Shown one piece after another: positions 37,900 to 53,729 of a stretch of DNA of 64,000 nucleotides (position 1 is its first letter; each line of letters starts with the position of its first letter). The DNA is from Epiperipatus broadwayi. Its lineage: Eukaryota > Animalia > Onychophora. The DNA lies in contig JAQFVV010000002.1 of NCBI GenBank assembly GCA_028023455.1, positions 26,164,001 to 26,228,000 on the forward strand, given 5' to 3'. A program made the position numbers and the translations under genes. A model generated the notes under the pieces. The model saw only the letters and a list, made by a program, of their open reading frames with translations, was not told the origin of the DNA and made no database searches.

Positions 37900-40780
37900 A
37901 TACTGATGTTTACTTAAATATTCCAATTCTTATTCCTGTTTGCCATTTACTTCTAACTGTGAAATGTCAAATTGCACAGAAACATATGCAATTAATACTG
38001 TATTAGTAATTTGCAAGTTTTCATGAGATTACTGTCAGTCAAACTTCCATACTTTAACAAATATTTGCCAATGATTTCAAAGGAAAAAGCACAAAATATT
38101 ATACATGATGTTGTATGAAAAGAATTACAGTTTGATAAGGCATACATTATTAGAAAATGACTTGATTCATAGTCACTATCAACCATTATCAATCCATTGC
38201 AAGATGAAAATCTCTCCCAAGTTTAATCAAGTTTCTCCGATCTCTTACATCCATCTCACATGTGGTCTCTTTCTAAGTCTTTTACAATAGCTTGGAACCC
38301 AGTTTAAGATATCAACTAACTACCAATTATCATCTCTTCTAGCAATATGTCCAGCCCAATTTCAATCTCTTAATTTTTTCAATATCAGTAATACCTGTAT
38401 GCTCTCTCACCAATATATTTCATTTTCAATCTCTTCTTGTTATTTCTAACAAACACCTTTAATCCTATGATTAATTTCACTCATTGTTTCCATCTGTAGT
38501 AATAAGCTGATCAAGATATTTGTAGTTGTTAATTATTTTTTCTAACTCATCATTATCAATCTTATTTTTTTCTTTTGAAAATATCCATTGAACATTATTT
38601 TAATCTTTTTAACATTTACTTTTAGTCCTATTTTTTTCCTTTCATTTGATAACTCTTGCAACTTTCCCTGAAACTCTGAAGCATTATTTGCAAAAACAAT
38701 TGAATCATCTGCAAAATCCAGGTGACTTAAATAATCTCCATTTACTTTTACTTGCTTTTTAAACTACAAAATACTTCTTGCAAACTGCTGTAAAAAGTTT
38801 TGGAGATAAGGAGTCACGTCTGTCATACATCCAACTCAATGTTAATCTTCCTAGTATCATTATATAATGTAATCATTGCTGTTGCATTTTTATAAATATT
38901 CTTCAGTACGCGTCACCAAACACTACCAAAATGTTTATAGAATCAAATGCTTTTTATAATCTACAAATCCAAAGCATAATGGCAACTCATATTCATTGGT
39001 CCTTTCTATAACTTTTCTCAATATTTATATGTGATCTACAGCACTAAAACCACTTTTAAATTCAGCTTGTTTTTTTGGTTAGTTAAAATCCAAAGTTTGC
39101 TGTAGACGAGTTGTAATTATCTTGGTAAAAATTTTGGGTTGTTTAGACTGACACTGTAATTTCTAATATGCTTTTAATTATCATTTTTTAAATATTAATA
39201 CTGTATTCTTCCAATCATCTGGTACATGTTTATCATTTAGACATTTGGTATATAACTTTGCCAAAAAAATTTCTATCTCTTCATCTGCTTCTTTAAGATA
39301 ACGATTATAATTCCATCATTATCTGGAGCTTTTCTCTTCTTCATAGGTTTAATTGCATATCTCATTTTTTCATTTAAAATCTTGGGCAATTCAGAAAGTA
39401 TAATAGTTTTAAAAGATACTTTTTCTTGTTCTTTATTGCTATATAATTCTTGTTAAAACTTTTTTACACATTTCATGTTGTCATCTCTCTTTTTAGTAAT
39501 AGTTCCAAGATTTTTTCTTATTGCAGAAATAAATTTCTTACCAATATCAAGATGTTGTTTTACTCTTTTGAGACTTCAATTCTCTTCTAAAACTTTACTT
39601 GTTAATTCACAATTATATTTTTTATATCATTATTAACTCTTTTTCACACCATTTTACAAAATTCTAGATAATCAATTCTTTTTAATGTATCATTTTTATA
39701 TATTTTCATATTTCTTTTCTTCTTCATAAATTGCATTGTCTCAATAGAAATTTCAGTGGTCAATTGCTACTTTTTTGTATCGGCTATCTTTGTTGTAGTT
39801 TATAACAGTGTATCTGTTAGTTTCCTATTAATTTCATTCAAATCTGAATCATGTTCAAAATCAGCTACTATTTGAAAACGATTTGCAAGTTCTAATTTAA
39901 ATTCACTGGAATGCTTCTGAAGGTTAGGAATATCAACTGTGAATACTGTTTTTCTTAATATTTTTCATCTCTCTTGTTTTGCATTAACCCGTATCTTACA
40001 TCTCACTAATTGATGACCGCTTTCTGTGTTGATTTTACTAAGAACAGTACAATCTTGAAATACATGTTTTCTGTTAATCAAAATATAATCCACAATGTAT
40101 CTTCATCTGGATACTTCCATAACTATTTCCTTAAGCATTTTTCTCAAAGAAATAATTCTTAATATAAAAGTTTTTCTTCTGCAAACTCCACAAGTTTGTT
40201 TCCTCTCTCATTTCGATCATCATAACCAAATTTATCTATATCACTTTCATCTTTCAATTATTTACAATTCTAGAAATAAACTCTCCTATGACATTTTAAA
40301 AATATTGTTCGATTTGATCAAAAGTCTTTTATACATCATATAAAAATCCTCTTATTTCTTTATTACAATGAGAACTTGTTGGGTTATAAACCTGAATTAT
40401 CAGTATTTGGTTACTATTAAACCGAATAACTAATCTTGCCACTCTATTAATCTCCACAATGTTGTTGTTCTTTTATTTATAATAAAACCTATTCCACTTG
40501 TATTTTCAATGTTTGTGCCTTTGAAGTATAGAACATGTCCACTTTTTAAAACAATTGTCTCTTCACTTTTTCTTCTAACTTCACAGAATTCAATGGCCCA
40601 TTTAATATTACACAGTTCTACCAATTCTTGCAATTTTCATTTAATTTAAAGTGATCTGCAGTTATAAGTATCTAAATAAAAGGTGAATCCACAATCAGTG
40701 AAGATTCTTAGCATCCTCTGACCACCAACTGCTGTTTTGGCTGGAAATTTTACAGCATCCTGGGAATATGTTCCAGAAGA
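37900..40780 (-). mobile_element. Near full-length decayed RTE-clade LINE
   Basis: ORF 40430-40633 (FCEVRRKSEETIVLKSGHVLYFKG...GIGFIINK) is the RTE endonuclease N-terminus. RT remnants at 38600-39000 (FGFVDYKKAFDSI). Confidence 0.85.
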
Positions 40781-41449
40781 ATGTGGTTTGAAATTTTTCT
40801 TTTATGTGTTGACGAATACAAACAATTACTTTAAAGAATTTAGATCAATTAAAAAAAAACAGGTGTGTATTCCTGTTTATAATGCTCACTTCAAAGAATT
40901 GATATACACAGAATTGACATTGTTAGTTATCACACTTTTAATTCTTGGTTAGATGTTATAAAGAGATTTTGATATAATTTTTAGTTATATGATGACAATA
41001 TTAATTTCCCCCCCACTCCATCCTCACACATCTCATGGGATGATGAATGAATTTTGGACAGTTGGAACTAGGAAATTATCCCAGTTTTATCCTATAATAA
41101 ATCCACAAGTTTTATAAAAAATAATATTGATTAGTTGAATTGTTGCTATTTATATAAATATGTTGACAATAAAAATAAAATAACTATTTCATAATAGTCT
41201 AAGAATTTTGTATATTGAAGAAAGTCAACAAATATTCCTATAAGAGAAATGATTGATTCCATAAAAGAATAAGGTATTATTAAAATTATCAATATGAATT
41301 TAACAAAAAAAAAAATCTATATTTTTTCTAGAAAGTAGAGATATGAGATATTTAAATATTATGATGTATAAATTGTAATACAAATACGTGTATGAGTTGT
41401 GCTTTAAATAAACTTTTTTAAAATATTACTTTCTATTATTAAATAATTC

Positions 41450-43400
41450 TTGTATTCTTGAATTTTAATTAAATAGATAAATCTATTTAGTTTATATATT
41501 CAAAAGAATGTTTAATTTCCTTTGTTGGATAATTAAAGTAAAAATTATATTTTATATTTATACTAGTATGATATAAAAGAAGACATTGCTCGTTCTTGTA
41601 TAAAAATAATTCAATGGCTATATTATTTCTAGTAAACAAGAATAAATCCCTATAAGAATGTAGACACATTATTGTAAAAAGAAATCTAAAAATATCTCAT
41701 AAAACAAAAGACTGACAAACAGGTCAAAATCTAAAAAGGTAGTCCAGATGATATTATTTAGCCGATTAGAATTACAGACAGTAATCACAGAACAAAGGAA
41801 ATCCCCTGCAAAACAGAATAACTCTACTGGCCATAAAGCTTATACAATAAGTGAGTATGAAAACTGGTGAAATAATTGTTTGTCTGCCACTAAAGTTCTT
41901 AAGCTGCTCTGGATAACAATGTGGTCTGCACAAGCATATAGATATAGCAAATTATCTCAACTAGATGAAGTTTCTCAAAGAAAAAAAATCTATCAAGTTT
42001 GCTGGAAAAGTTACATTAAATTTATTTAGAAACTGAAAAATACATTATTATTCCAAACACATGTGCAAATCAAAGGAACCACAAATAACTATTCCATACA
42101 CTCCTAACAACTTGTAAAAACTTGTCAAAAGAATTTAAGGTTGGTTTTCATACACTCCCCAACACAAATAGATTAATTAATAATTCCAAAGACAAAACTG
42201 ATCCTAGTCTAACACCTCAAGTTGTGTACAAGATCTCGTGCCCTTAAGGTAGGCTGCAGTGCCGCAAATTATGGTGAAATGAAAGCCACTGTTAATAATA
42301 GAGCTACTCAGCATTTGTATGCATACAAGAGAGCTCAAAATAATAGGTAAAACACTTTAATTTTTTTTCAAACATGAAAAAGCAAACGGTCACAAGTTTG
42401 AACCCTCCAACCCTCAGATTGTATGTACCTAGAGAAACAATTGCAAAAGAAAAATAAAGGCGGCACACTACATCATAAATGATCCACACGCCATTAATAG
42501 AAAAAACACGTGTTTCTCTATCTCTAAGAAGTGGTCGAGCTGATTGATCTTTTGATAGTAAAATTGTTTTGCATATGAAGACTAATTTGCATATTTTAAC
42601 AAATGTCAACAACACTATAATGTTTCTAATTCTTTGGCTATGAATATGAGATTAAAAAACCTCAAAAGCGCTAAGCCTGGTATTTAATTTTGATTTTTTT
42701 AAATTTCATCAACAAGCGTTTGAAGCGCAGTGTAATTGCTATCACTTATTTAAAGAAATTGACGTTTATAATAGTGAAGATAATCTGCTATTGATTCAAG
42801 CAAGACTGTTGAGAGGAGAAATTTTTATAGGAAGAATTCAAATTCTGGCAAATATTATATTTTAATACGCTAAGATTTATTCTTTATTTGAAGCTAGCTA
42901 TAATTAAACAATTCAGAAATAAACATAACTAATGTTCAAACTATTTAAATCTAAACATATTAGATTATTCATTGATTATTACTCTATACATATCACTTTT
43001 ATTTATATTTCTGTATTTAGTTAAGTATGCTGTAAAAAAGTAATTAAATTTTCTAGATCTTTTAGTTAATGATTGATAATAATATTTAAAAGATATGCAT
43101 ACACTCGTAATAATATCGTAGAATTTAAATATTATTTCTTTAATGTATAATTTCATATTTATCATGAAAATAGAAAACTCTTATATTTTAATACTATGGT
43201 GTTCATTAAATTTTTACTTTTCATTCTGTCGTGTCTCATAATTTAAACTATTTATTATATTACTATGATCATACTTTATATACTTTCACCGAGTCTGGAT
43301 TAGAATGCAAGCAAATGGACTGTTACAAAAGAAAATAGCAGTTGATCGAATACTTATTTGAAAGCCAGTCAGGTATTAACAAAATCGAAAGTTATATAAA
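41450..43400. repeat. Unclassified dispersed repeat, copy 2 (with ~0.6 kb extra sequence at ~42.1-42.7 kb)
   Basis: Collinear with 31000-32400. Confidence 0.5.
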
Positions 43401-44409
43401 AAGATACAAAAACTCATTATATTAATCTATTAAATAAGCTGCATACTAAATGTATATGGATAATAATCTGGATATTTTCTATACATTTATACATACACTT
43501 ATATACTTGACAGTTTGTTCCATTATAAGATGGATTTAAAAAAGACTGAATCAAAAAACATCAATAAAAGGGGGGAGGGGTGCAAGAGATTATTTTGTAT
43601 TTCATAAATAAATAGATCATAAAAATCCTACTGTTAAGGAAAGAATCTTTGTATTGGACAAAAACTATACTTAAAACAATAACCAGTCTTCCTACAAAAA
43701 GAAAGAAATCAAATATAATACATAAGCCAGAAGACAATTGTTTATTTAAAATTTGTGAAAGAAAATCAACAGCCTTTGAAAAGCTATCAATACCACATTT
43801 GTAATGAAAACAAAGGCCTAACACAAGTTTTGTGAAGAATAAAAAGATGATTACAATTACATTTAAAAAAGACAAAAATTCTCAATGTGTGAATGGTATG
43901 TGTATATCAGTCATCAACAACTAGAATATAACCCTTGAGAAAACTTAAGTAAATGATCTTGAAAAGATTTCAGATTTAAAGATTTCTCGACGTAGAAAAT
44001 ACAATATTCTCAATCATTTTTCAATGAAAAAAATGAATAATAAAAACACAATATAGAGCTGATAACATGGACATTCAGGTATTTGATACATCTAGCTCAC
44101 CTGAAAATGCAAAGTGAGAAAGAGTTGTTTGAATTTCTGCTTGCACTGGTGAATGATTGTGATATGATGTTACGATGCGAAATGCATTGACAATATCCCC
44201 CTCACCCCAACAAAAAAAAAAAAACTTGAAAATATATAAAAATCTAATTTAATAAAAAATATTATATTGAATTTAAATTAAAGAAATAGAAATACGACCT
44301 GCAATAACATGTATTTCACTAATCATAATAATAATGAATATCCAAGGAATGTTAATAATAAATCATCAATCTCTCAGCTTAAATATTATAAGACATGGAA
44401 AATGATGCA

Positions 44410-47400
44410 CCATGGCTTCTCCTTTTTAGGAGTTAGGAATATCTCAGCCACTATGCTCAGAGAAATCTGTTAGCCACTTTACTTACCATTCCCCACCTTA
44501 AGTTTTTCCCATATTCTTCTCTGTCCTACTCCATTCCATTTCCACAACATAATCTTTGTCAGCTCTATGGCCCATACATCTAAATCTCCCATATCTTTTT
44601 CTAAATCCAGCATAAAAACCAAGAATTCACTTTCTGTATAATCACTTTATATTTATTCTGCTACAACTTCATTATTTGTACCCTTTCAGCTTGCAGGCAT
44701 TTACATTCAATTAACAGATATCTAATATTTTCTATGCCTTCCTTACACAACTTGCAGACTAAATCATCCATGTTTTTCCATTTATGTATATATTCCTTTG
44801 TTGCTAAAGATCCTGTTCGAGCATTAAACAGTAAACGATTTTCCTTGCTATTATCATAAGTTAACTCGCACCCAATATAGTTTACTTCTATATATATTTA
44901 AATTATTTTTACTCTCCATATTAGTTCTCTATCTCTCCAATTCCCTATTTTTTATTAATGCATCTATTCTTCTATCCCATTCCTTGCCACTACAACATCC
45001 AACAATTCTCCTAATACAATCACCCTATCTTTTGTATAAATATACTGACATAAATTCTTTATCCAAATCTTCTGCATACCATACTACCTTTCTCACCCTT
45101 CATGTTACATGCCCTTTACTCATAACCCAATTAAATACTATTTTGGCTATTTTCTTATTATTCATAAATTGCAATCTATCGATCATTTTCTTTTTGCATC
45201 TCATATAAAAACTTGACAATCCCATCTCTCCTTGAATTGCCTCCTTTGTTGTCAACACATCTGCATCTAATGCATGTCTTCCTACTTCTCTTTGTACTTT
45301 TTCTAAGTAATCTAACACCCGTTTACTAACATATAATGCATCGTTATCATATGTTAACCCTGCTACTGCCATTCCCTTCCATACAATTCTAGCTACATAA
45401 TATTTATTATATAAAAACACTGTTAATTTCTTTATCAGTCCCTTTATTTCTTTGCTTCATTTATCAATTTTTTCTCCCATTCATCCAAGCAATTTCTCGA
45501 TTACTTAAGACGATTCCCAAATAATTATACCTATTCGTCACACTTAATTTTATATCCCCAATATAAATTCTTTCTCTTCTCTCCCCCAGTATTAACTATC
45601 ATTATATTTGATTTTTCTTCCCTAAATTTAATCCCCATCTCTTTATCCCATCCCTTGCGCATGTAATTCAGCATAACTTCCATATCTTTCTTACTTTCTG
45701 TACACAAGACATCATCCGCAAATAAAAGACCCTATAATGTATATATATTCCCTTGCCACCTATTAATGGTATCTCTACACCTCTTCCTAGTCTTTATATT
45801 GCTCTCCCAATTTCTCTCAAATACAACAAAAACAAAATAGATACATAGTGCATCTTTGCCTTAGTCGCACCCCATTTTTAACTTTAACTGATTCTATATT
45901 TCCTAATTTATATGTAATTTTCATACAATTTCTTAATAAGATCCACTAAAGCTCTATTCATTCCCAAATTTACTAAACTTACCCATAATTTATTTCTATT
46001 TTCTTTATCATATGCCTTCCCTAAATCTATAAAAAACATCTACTTATATTTCTACTCATAACTATAAATTGTGTAACTACAAATAAACTATCTCCTATAC
46101 TCCCATCCGATTGAAAACCTCCTTGTAGTTCTCCTATATTATTTTCTTCAATCCACTATGCTACTCTTCCAATTACCATATATGCGAAAACTTTACATAA
46201 TACTGATAACATTATTGCTATCGATCTATAATTGCTTAACTTTCTATGATCCTTACCCTTTTCTTTAAATAGTAGGTTTACTCTTGTATTATTCCAACTA
46301 CCTGGAAATTCTCTCTTCTGTGCCATCTTATTAAAATATGATCATAGATTTAATTTTGCCCTATTTCCTAAAATTCATTACCATCTCTGCTGCCATCCAT
46401 CTAAACCTCTTGCCTTTCTACTTTTCAATTTCTTCCCTGCTTCATTCATTTTCTGTAAACCTAATATTTCCATTACTATATGCTTTCATGTTTGTTATCA
46501 CTTTGTTCTTCACATCTAACAACTTTTCTATATCCATTACATAATTGTTTAAGATTAATTATTTTCTAGAGCTACACTCTATTCCCTCATCATCTAGTAG
46601 TACTATTTCTCTTCCCTATATACCTTCTTTTAATGTATTTCTCAAATTTTCTTCTTCCTTCTCGAACAATTTACTATTTAATTTCATTCTCTCTCTCTAT
46701 AATTATTTATTTTAGCCAACTTCTTTTTTAAAAAATACTTATCCATTTAACATCTTTTTCATGTTCCTTGTTCTTAATAGCAACTTATATTCTCTGCATG
46801 CTTTTTTCCTCTCATTTACACTTTTACTAATTCTCACTTTTCTATTATTTTTATTCTTTTGAATATTATCACATAAAATCCTATTTGTCACTTTTTCTAC
46901 TTCACCACATCATTCATTATTTATATTCATTCCCAACCAACTCTTCCCTTCAACTTTTATTTTAAATTCTTCTAACTTATCTTATTCTTATCATTCATTT
47001 CCCATCCACATCTTTCCCTATCTTTTCTACTTTTATTACTATTTTCCATCACACAACTAACCATTTCTATTAAAAATAAATTATGAGCACTATTACATAC
47101 TTTCTCTTCATTATCATTTTCCGTACTTTATTCATCCCCTCTTTCTCTACTTATATATAATCTATTGTGCAAAATATATTATTTCTAGACCATGTGTATA
47201 AATATTTGATTAATTTCCAAATGCTCAAATTCAATCTCTGACAAAAATTCTTCAAAAGTGGTCTATTTTTATTATCTATGTCATCAATATGCCCATTCAT
47301 ATCCCCTATAACCATTATTTTCTTCCCCCCTTTTTTTGAAACTCTGTATATAACTTAACTAAGCATTCATATATGCTACTGTTCCACTCCATTATAACTT

Positions 47401-49150
47401 GACTATCTCCAGTGGCTGTATACAGTATAACCATCATCCATTCTTGTCTTTCTAATCTTATCTCAAACCATAAATGTTCTTGACATTTAACAGTATTTAA
47501 ATATTTTTTTGACATAACTCCTATAGCACCACTCCTTTTTTCTTTATATCCTGCCATACCAAGTCTTCCAGTATGGGTTCGTCTTCTCTTATATGTGTTT
47601 CCATTACTGCTAGTACCTCAAGCTCTTCATTTTTAATAATTTGCATATTCAAATATCCAATTTTAACAATTTCTTCTTTCCTAACTATTCTTGTAATACA
47701 TTGTACAGGCTTAAACCTGCATTTATATATGTAATATATGCGGGATTCAAACTCAGACTTTCACACGACCCACTACTCTCAGTGGCATCTCATATTGCTG
47801 ACCTACCTGATCACATACGTTGTGATCAGGTGGGTCAACAATATGAGATGGCACTGAGAGTAGTGGGTCGTGTAAACGTCTGAGTTCAAATAACTACTTT
47901 TTTATAAATTCTTTTGATTCTTTCTTTTTCATTATATTTGTAAGTAACTTGCTTAACATTAATTTTACAGACCCATTTCTCTCTCCACATCTATATTAAT
48001 ATCCAAATCAGCTACCCTTTTGTTTACTTCTTACATCCTATCCATTCTTCTTCATTCTGATAATATTACAATTTAACCCTCTCCCCCATAAGTTTCCTGA
48101 ATTATAGTATTCTTTATAAATCAAACTCCCTAAAACTTCACTTCCTTGTTATGCTAAGTGCTATCTAACTTTACTATATAACTCCCTCTTACTATTAAAA
48201 AAATCCCACACATCCACAAACATAATATAATTTCTCTCACATAATTTTTTAAATTCTCTCATTTATAAAACATGCCCTATCTAACATATACCTATTGTCA
48301 AATCTTGGTAATAATCCAACCATTCCTATTCTTCCTTTAATTTTATTCAAATTACTAATCAATTCGAATGTACTCATCCCTCACTCTCTGTGATGGCTAT
48401 GACAAATTATTTGTCCCTACCATAACATACACATCTCTACTCCCTTGTTTCTTTACTTTATCTGTAACATCACTAATTCTAGCTCCAGGCAACCATATTC
48501 TTACATACCTGTTCCTATTTTCCCTTGCAATTACATCTCCACATCCTCTAATTAGTGAATGTCCTATCAATAGTCTCAGTTTATTTTCCCTACTTCATCC
48601 GCAACATTCTGTTTCACGTTCTGCATTTCCTTATCTATTTCTTATTATTTCTATTCAATAATTCCTTTATCTGCTCACACTTCATCTCTAACGATTTTAA
48701 TTCTGCTTCGACATCCTTTACCTCTTCTTTCTCTATCTTACTTATTCTTTGGCAAACTATCTCCATTGCACTACTTATTTTGTCATCCATATCTCTTATC
48801 ACTCCACTAAAAACATACTCTATTCTATTCCTTAACTACATTTTGCTTCATTTCTCGTGACTTTCTCTTCAAACTATCAACATTTAAAAACCATTTTTTA
48901 TCTCTTTTATCACATTTACACATGGCCTACATAATTATTCACCAGTTACATCCTTCCTAGTCTTATTTAAGCATTTCAAATGATAAATCTTATCACATAT
49001 GATACACTCTACCACAGCGTGCCTAATTTCTTTCTGACCATTACATATACATTGTGAGATACAAATGCAATCCATATTCCTTATTTTTTTAAGTATCCTC
49101 CTCTATATTTATCTTTATACTTTCTCAACTATTCTTCAAACTCCTTTAGA
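44410..49150 (-). mobile_element. Near full-length decayed L2/CR1-like LINE with PHD-finger ORF1
   Basis: Minus strand ~48915-49075 reads MDCICISQCICNGQKEIRHAVVECIICDKIYHLKCL..LCRPCK (PHD-like). RT remnants LQGGFQSDG (~46100), FIDLGKAYD (~46020), FIADDVLC (~45715). C-terminal ORF 45100-45420. Confidence 0.8.
47693..47890. mobile_element. Fold-back insertion, family E-related, nested in the L2/CR1-like LINE
   Basis: Arms 47750-47814 and 47820-47886. Left tail (TACAGGC...) matches the reverse of the 11766-11807 tail. Weak TSD TAACTA(T/C)T(C/T)TT at 47682-47692 and 47891-47901. Confidence 0.75.
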
Positions 49151-49594
49151 CAAAAGGAAAAAAAAACTTTTCTTTCTTTCAATGGCGATCAATAAATAGG
49201 TTTTTTTTAACCTTAATGCCACAAAAATATTATCTTCTTTCTCAAATAAATCACACTCTTTCGTAAATTAAAAAATTCTTTAATAGCAAACCCACTTTAA
49301 AAACAAGTAATCTTACGTACAGCTTAGTTTTAAAGTCTCCTTGCAGTACTTCACCCAAATTGTTTTTCCTTTTATATTTATGATGGTGTAACGAAACACT
49401 TTCCAAATAATATCAATATTATTCCCGATCTATCCAAATTCAATTAAATCTATCTCTCTTCATCCAATTTTCTTTTCATTTCCACACAGTAAGCAAAAAA
49501 ACTTAGTAGCGACAAATTTTTTTCCAGGTAATATTCAAAAAATATATATAAACTTTAACTTGACTTACAGAACAAATCAATTATTGTACATCAG

Positions 49595-49735
49595 CAGAGC
49601 AGTTCTTCACTCTAGTGCCATTTAGCATAAGTTTGAGTAATCACTTAAATAGATGCATATAAAATCCCTATCATAAGTATTTAAATCATCATCCTCAGAT
49701 CAATTTCTGGCATTTGCCTTTATGAATGAGGCCTG
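49595..49735 (-). mobile_element. Old single-arm family B remnant with a decayed hammerhead (49693-49731)
   Basis: Minus strand cctca-ttcataa-a-ggc-aaat-gcc-a-GAAA-ttga-T-C-tgagg. Stems are conserved, core is mutated. Confidence 0.6.
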
Positions 49736-51717
49736 AAATTCAAAGTTAGAAGAAATATAGACAACTTTAATTCCATTTTATCTGTCAAACTGAAAACTTG
49801 AAATTCTAAATCTCATATTATTTCGTCTGAGAGTTCGGTGATTTCCTATTATTATTAACATTTCAAACTACCAGGTAATAAGGCACCAACAGTTAATGAA
49901 AAAATGAAGATAAATAAAATATTCAATTATCTGTTATGAATTTACAACTCAAGAAAACTGACTGATGTGTTGTTTTTTTTTTAAAATCTTTTTTTGTACC
50001 TACTATTTACTCGTGTGATTAATTTATGTTACTTGAAATTAAAAAAAAAATACTGCTTTGTCAAAAATATGTTACCTTGTTTATTGATGATGTTTTTGAT
50101 TTCCTTTGGACTTTGATTAATGACTTATTTGATGAATGAATATGTATAATATTTTTACTTTTTTCCAACTTTGAACAACGTTTTAATTTATAAAAATTAA
50201 AATTAATTAAAAGGGACTCCCCAATTCCAAAATTACAAAAATAAAGAAAAACAAATATTTTACAAACAAAATTTGTTTCTTAATACTCCATTTTTCAATC
50301 TATATATTAATTTCAATAATATTTAATTACTTAAAACGATACTGGAAATACTTATAACTTTATAAATAATAGTTCTATTTTACTCTAATGAATTTACTCA
50401 CCATTAAAAATCTTCATATGATTTCTTTCTTCTGATCACAATATATATATATAATTTTTTTTAATAATCTCCCATTCAGCTTATTTATTGAGACCAATTT
50501 TATTTAAATTCTCAAACCTGTTCAAATATTCCAGAACTTCTGAAATAACTTTTCAAGCAGTAAATATTAATTTCTAATAATATTACAATATCACATTTTA
50601 AGACTTGAATTATTACAAAAAAATCACTAATAACTTCTAATGTGTATCCCGTACACAATCTTTTAGGCTCTTATTTAATTTGTGATTTTGCTATTTCAAT
50701 TTCCATGCTTTATCTTTCTTAATTTTATTGTTCGACATTTTCTCTACTTACTAGTTCATTTAGAGCTATTGTTATACCATACACTTACTTAACTTGTACA
50801 GTAAAAAAATATTTCATAAAGTTTAATAAGTGAATCAATGTAATTAATGATGTGCTTTTATTGTTCTCTTCACAGAATAAAGTGTGTGTGAATATATATA
50901 TAAGTAAAAAAAAAAAATTAACAATGGCTGTCGATAACAACAATATTATTCTTGCTTAGCAGATTAAAGCTTTTAACACTAATCTATATCTCCAATTCAC
51001 AGTAAGTGCAACCAGAATTAGACAATTAAAAAAATTGTTTTGTTTTCTTAGCATCAATTTTTTTTTTTGCAATATATATATATAATGCTGAATATATATA
51101 TACTTTAAATAGTCAAATTTCAATCTTATAATTTATATATATGTTAGTTTCATCAAGTTATCCAAGCTCCTTGCTGAATGCATCTTATAATAATTTCAGA
51201 TTGATTTTATCTAAATTGTATTTGTTTCATTCAAGTTCATTTAAGGATTACAAAAAAAAAAAAATGTTATTAAATTGTGCACTAAAATTTTTTTAATGTA
51301 CCAGGGTGTAAATTCCTGTTGTTTAAAAATTACATATAATCACTGCGCTAGTAAATAAAATTGAATATTATATAACAACTAAAGTAATATATTTTCATAA
51401 TAAAACAACATTTTCAGATACTATACTCATAAAAAAAACCCATACCTATGACTCTTCAATAATCATTACTTTAGCATCAATCTAAATAAATATGTAATGT
51501 ACTTTATATAAAAACAACATATAAAATAATAATTTAAGTATTCGATTGTTTTCTTTTTGTTTTACATTGATAATGTCAATATGAATAGTTATTACTATAT
51601 TTTTCACATTTATTATCAATAACATTAAAAAAATATATATATATAAATGAAATTTAAACTATATTAATTACTTACATCTAAACAGTCTACACACTTTTTA
51701 TTATATACATATATTTG

Positions 51718-51900
<183 letters not shown>

Positions 51901-53729
51901 TTATAAAATTTAGTATGTAAATACTAAGTCTAAAATAACAAAACCTATAATCGTAAAAAAAATTTTCATTAAATAAGGGGGGAATTAACTAATCTAAAAA
52001 TAAAATATAAGATATATTATTAACAAAAAATTATACTTATTAAAAAGCATTTAAGTATGATTATATATTTGAAAAATGATTTTAAGGTATTGATTAATCA
52101 AGTTTAAAACTCAACTTTCACAAAATATGGTGTCAAATCAATAGTAACAATTTTCTTTTACCACATAAAAAATAGTACATTTAGAGTTATAATCAAATTT
52201 TCATATCTATATTCCCTGCTTTCGTATTTTCTCTTTTCATGATATTTCACATTTCTCTATTCTAAACATTACAATTAGTAAATCTCTCTTTTTTAACTTT
52301 TTGGTTTGATACTAATTTTTTAAAAAGAATAATAATATTAACAAACTATTAATATTAAAATAATAGCTTATTGATATTTATTCATGCTTGCCATTTTTTA
52401 TTTAATTATAATTTTAATTCAGGATTATTTTCGTCATCACCTAAGTTTAATAATGAAATTCTGTGATTATTTTTTGCTTGGATTAGCTTCTATAATAATT
52501 ATTATCTATTGTTGTTTGTCTTATAAACAAATATATTCTGTTATAAGTAGATATTAGTTATTGTACAATTTGTCATATCCAATAATGTATGTTTTGTAGT
52601 AGATATTAGGAATTGTTAGTGTATAATTTGTCCATGTTTTGTCATTTATTTTAAACATGTTAAAATAAAATACAAAGGCAGACCAAACCATTCACATTAT
52701 TCAGAATATAAAGAAATACTATGGTGCAATTGTGCTTTAATTATCTTACCAAAAGCATAGCTTCTAAGATGGCTAAAATGTAAGCAGTTCTTTAAACAGA
52801 TGGTTAATAATCTTCTCTTACTTCAATACAAGTTATGGTTAATTTCTAATACAAATTTGAAAGGAACCACTAAGAAATTCTTTATAGGAACAGACTGATT
52901 AGAAGACTTAAAGGAATTTTAAGTAGGCTTAGACAGTACTTAAAACAAGAAATAATTAAATTTTTTTACAACAGATAGGGACGGCCATAACCGTATTTTT
53001 TCAATTTTGTGGAAATAAATATTATTTGAGATATTCCAATTTAAATCATGCAAAATAGTAAATCAATTAATAACAATCGACATGAGTATATGAAATGGAT
53101 CAAAAGACTGAATAGTATTGAAACAGCTTAAAGAATATGTTTTCAATATTGCAACAAAAGTTCTAACTTTAATCAATTATAAATACCATAAAAATCTTGT
53201 AACATACCAGGTTTAGGTTTTCATAATTTACTGCTAGTTGTATTATACTCAGTAATAAGAAACTTGACAAAAGATTCTATATTTCATCAACAGATATAAT
53301 TTTATATACTCTGTGCCCAGCAGGTTCAACTATGTGCTATAGTACTCTAATAATAAAGACAAAATAGTATTAATAATTTTCAATTTTGCCATCTGGTAAA
53401 ATTTGGGAAAATACTTAGAAAACATAGATGTTGCCTGAAAACATATTTTTCTTCCAATCACAAACTTGCAGAAAATTAATTTGACATCTTCAAAATTTAT
53501 AATCTACAAAATTTAAGATTTATAGTGGGTTTCAACTTAGTAAAAAAAGTTAAAAAACAATATAATTATTATATAGAACCAAAGTCCACAGATTTGAGTT
53601 TTATTTAAATTATATATTTTTTCAAACTAATAAAAATTCTTTCACATAAGAATTAATTATGCAGATAAAGGCAACTTTTAAACAATAACCATTAAAATAG
53701 AATCTATATATTAAGTACCTAAAAAATTA

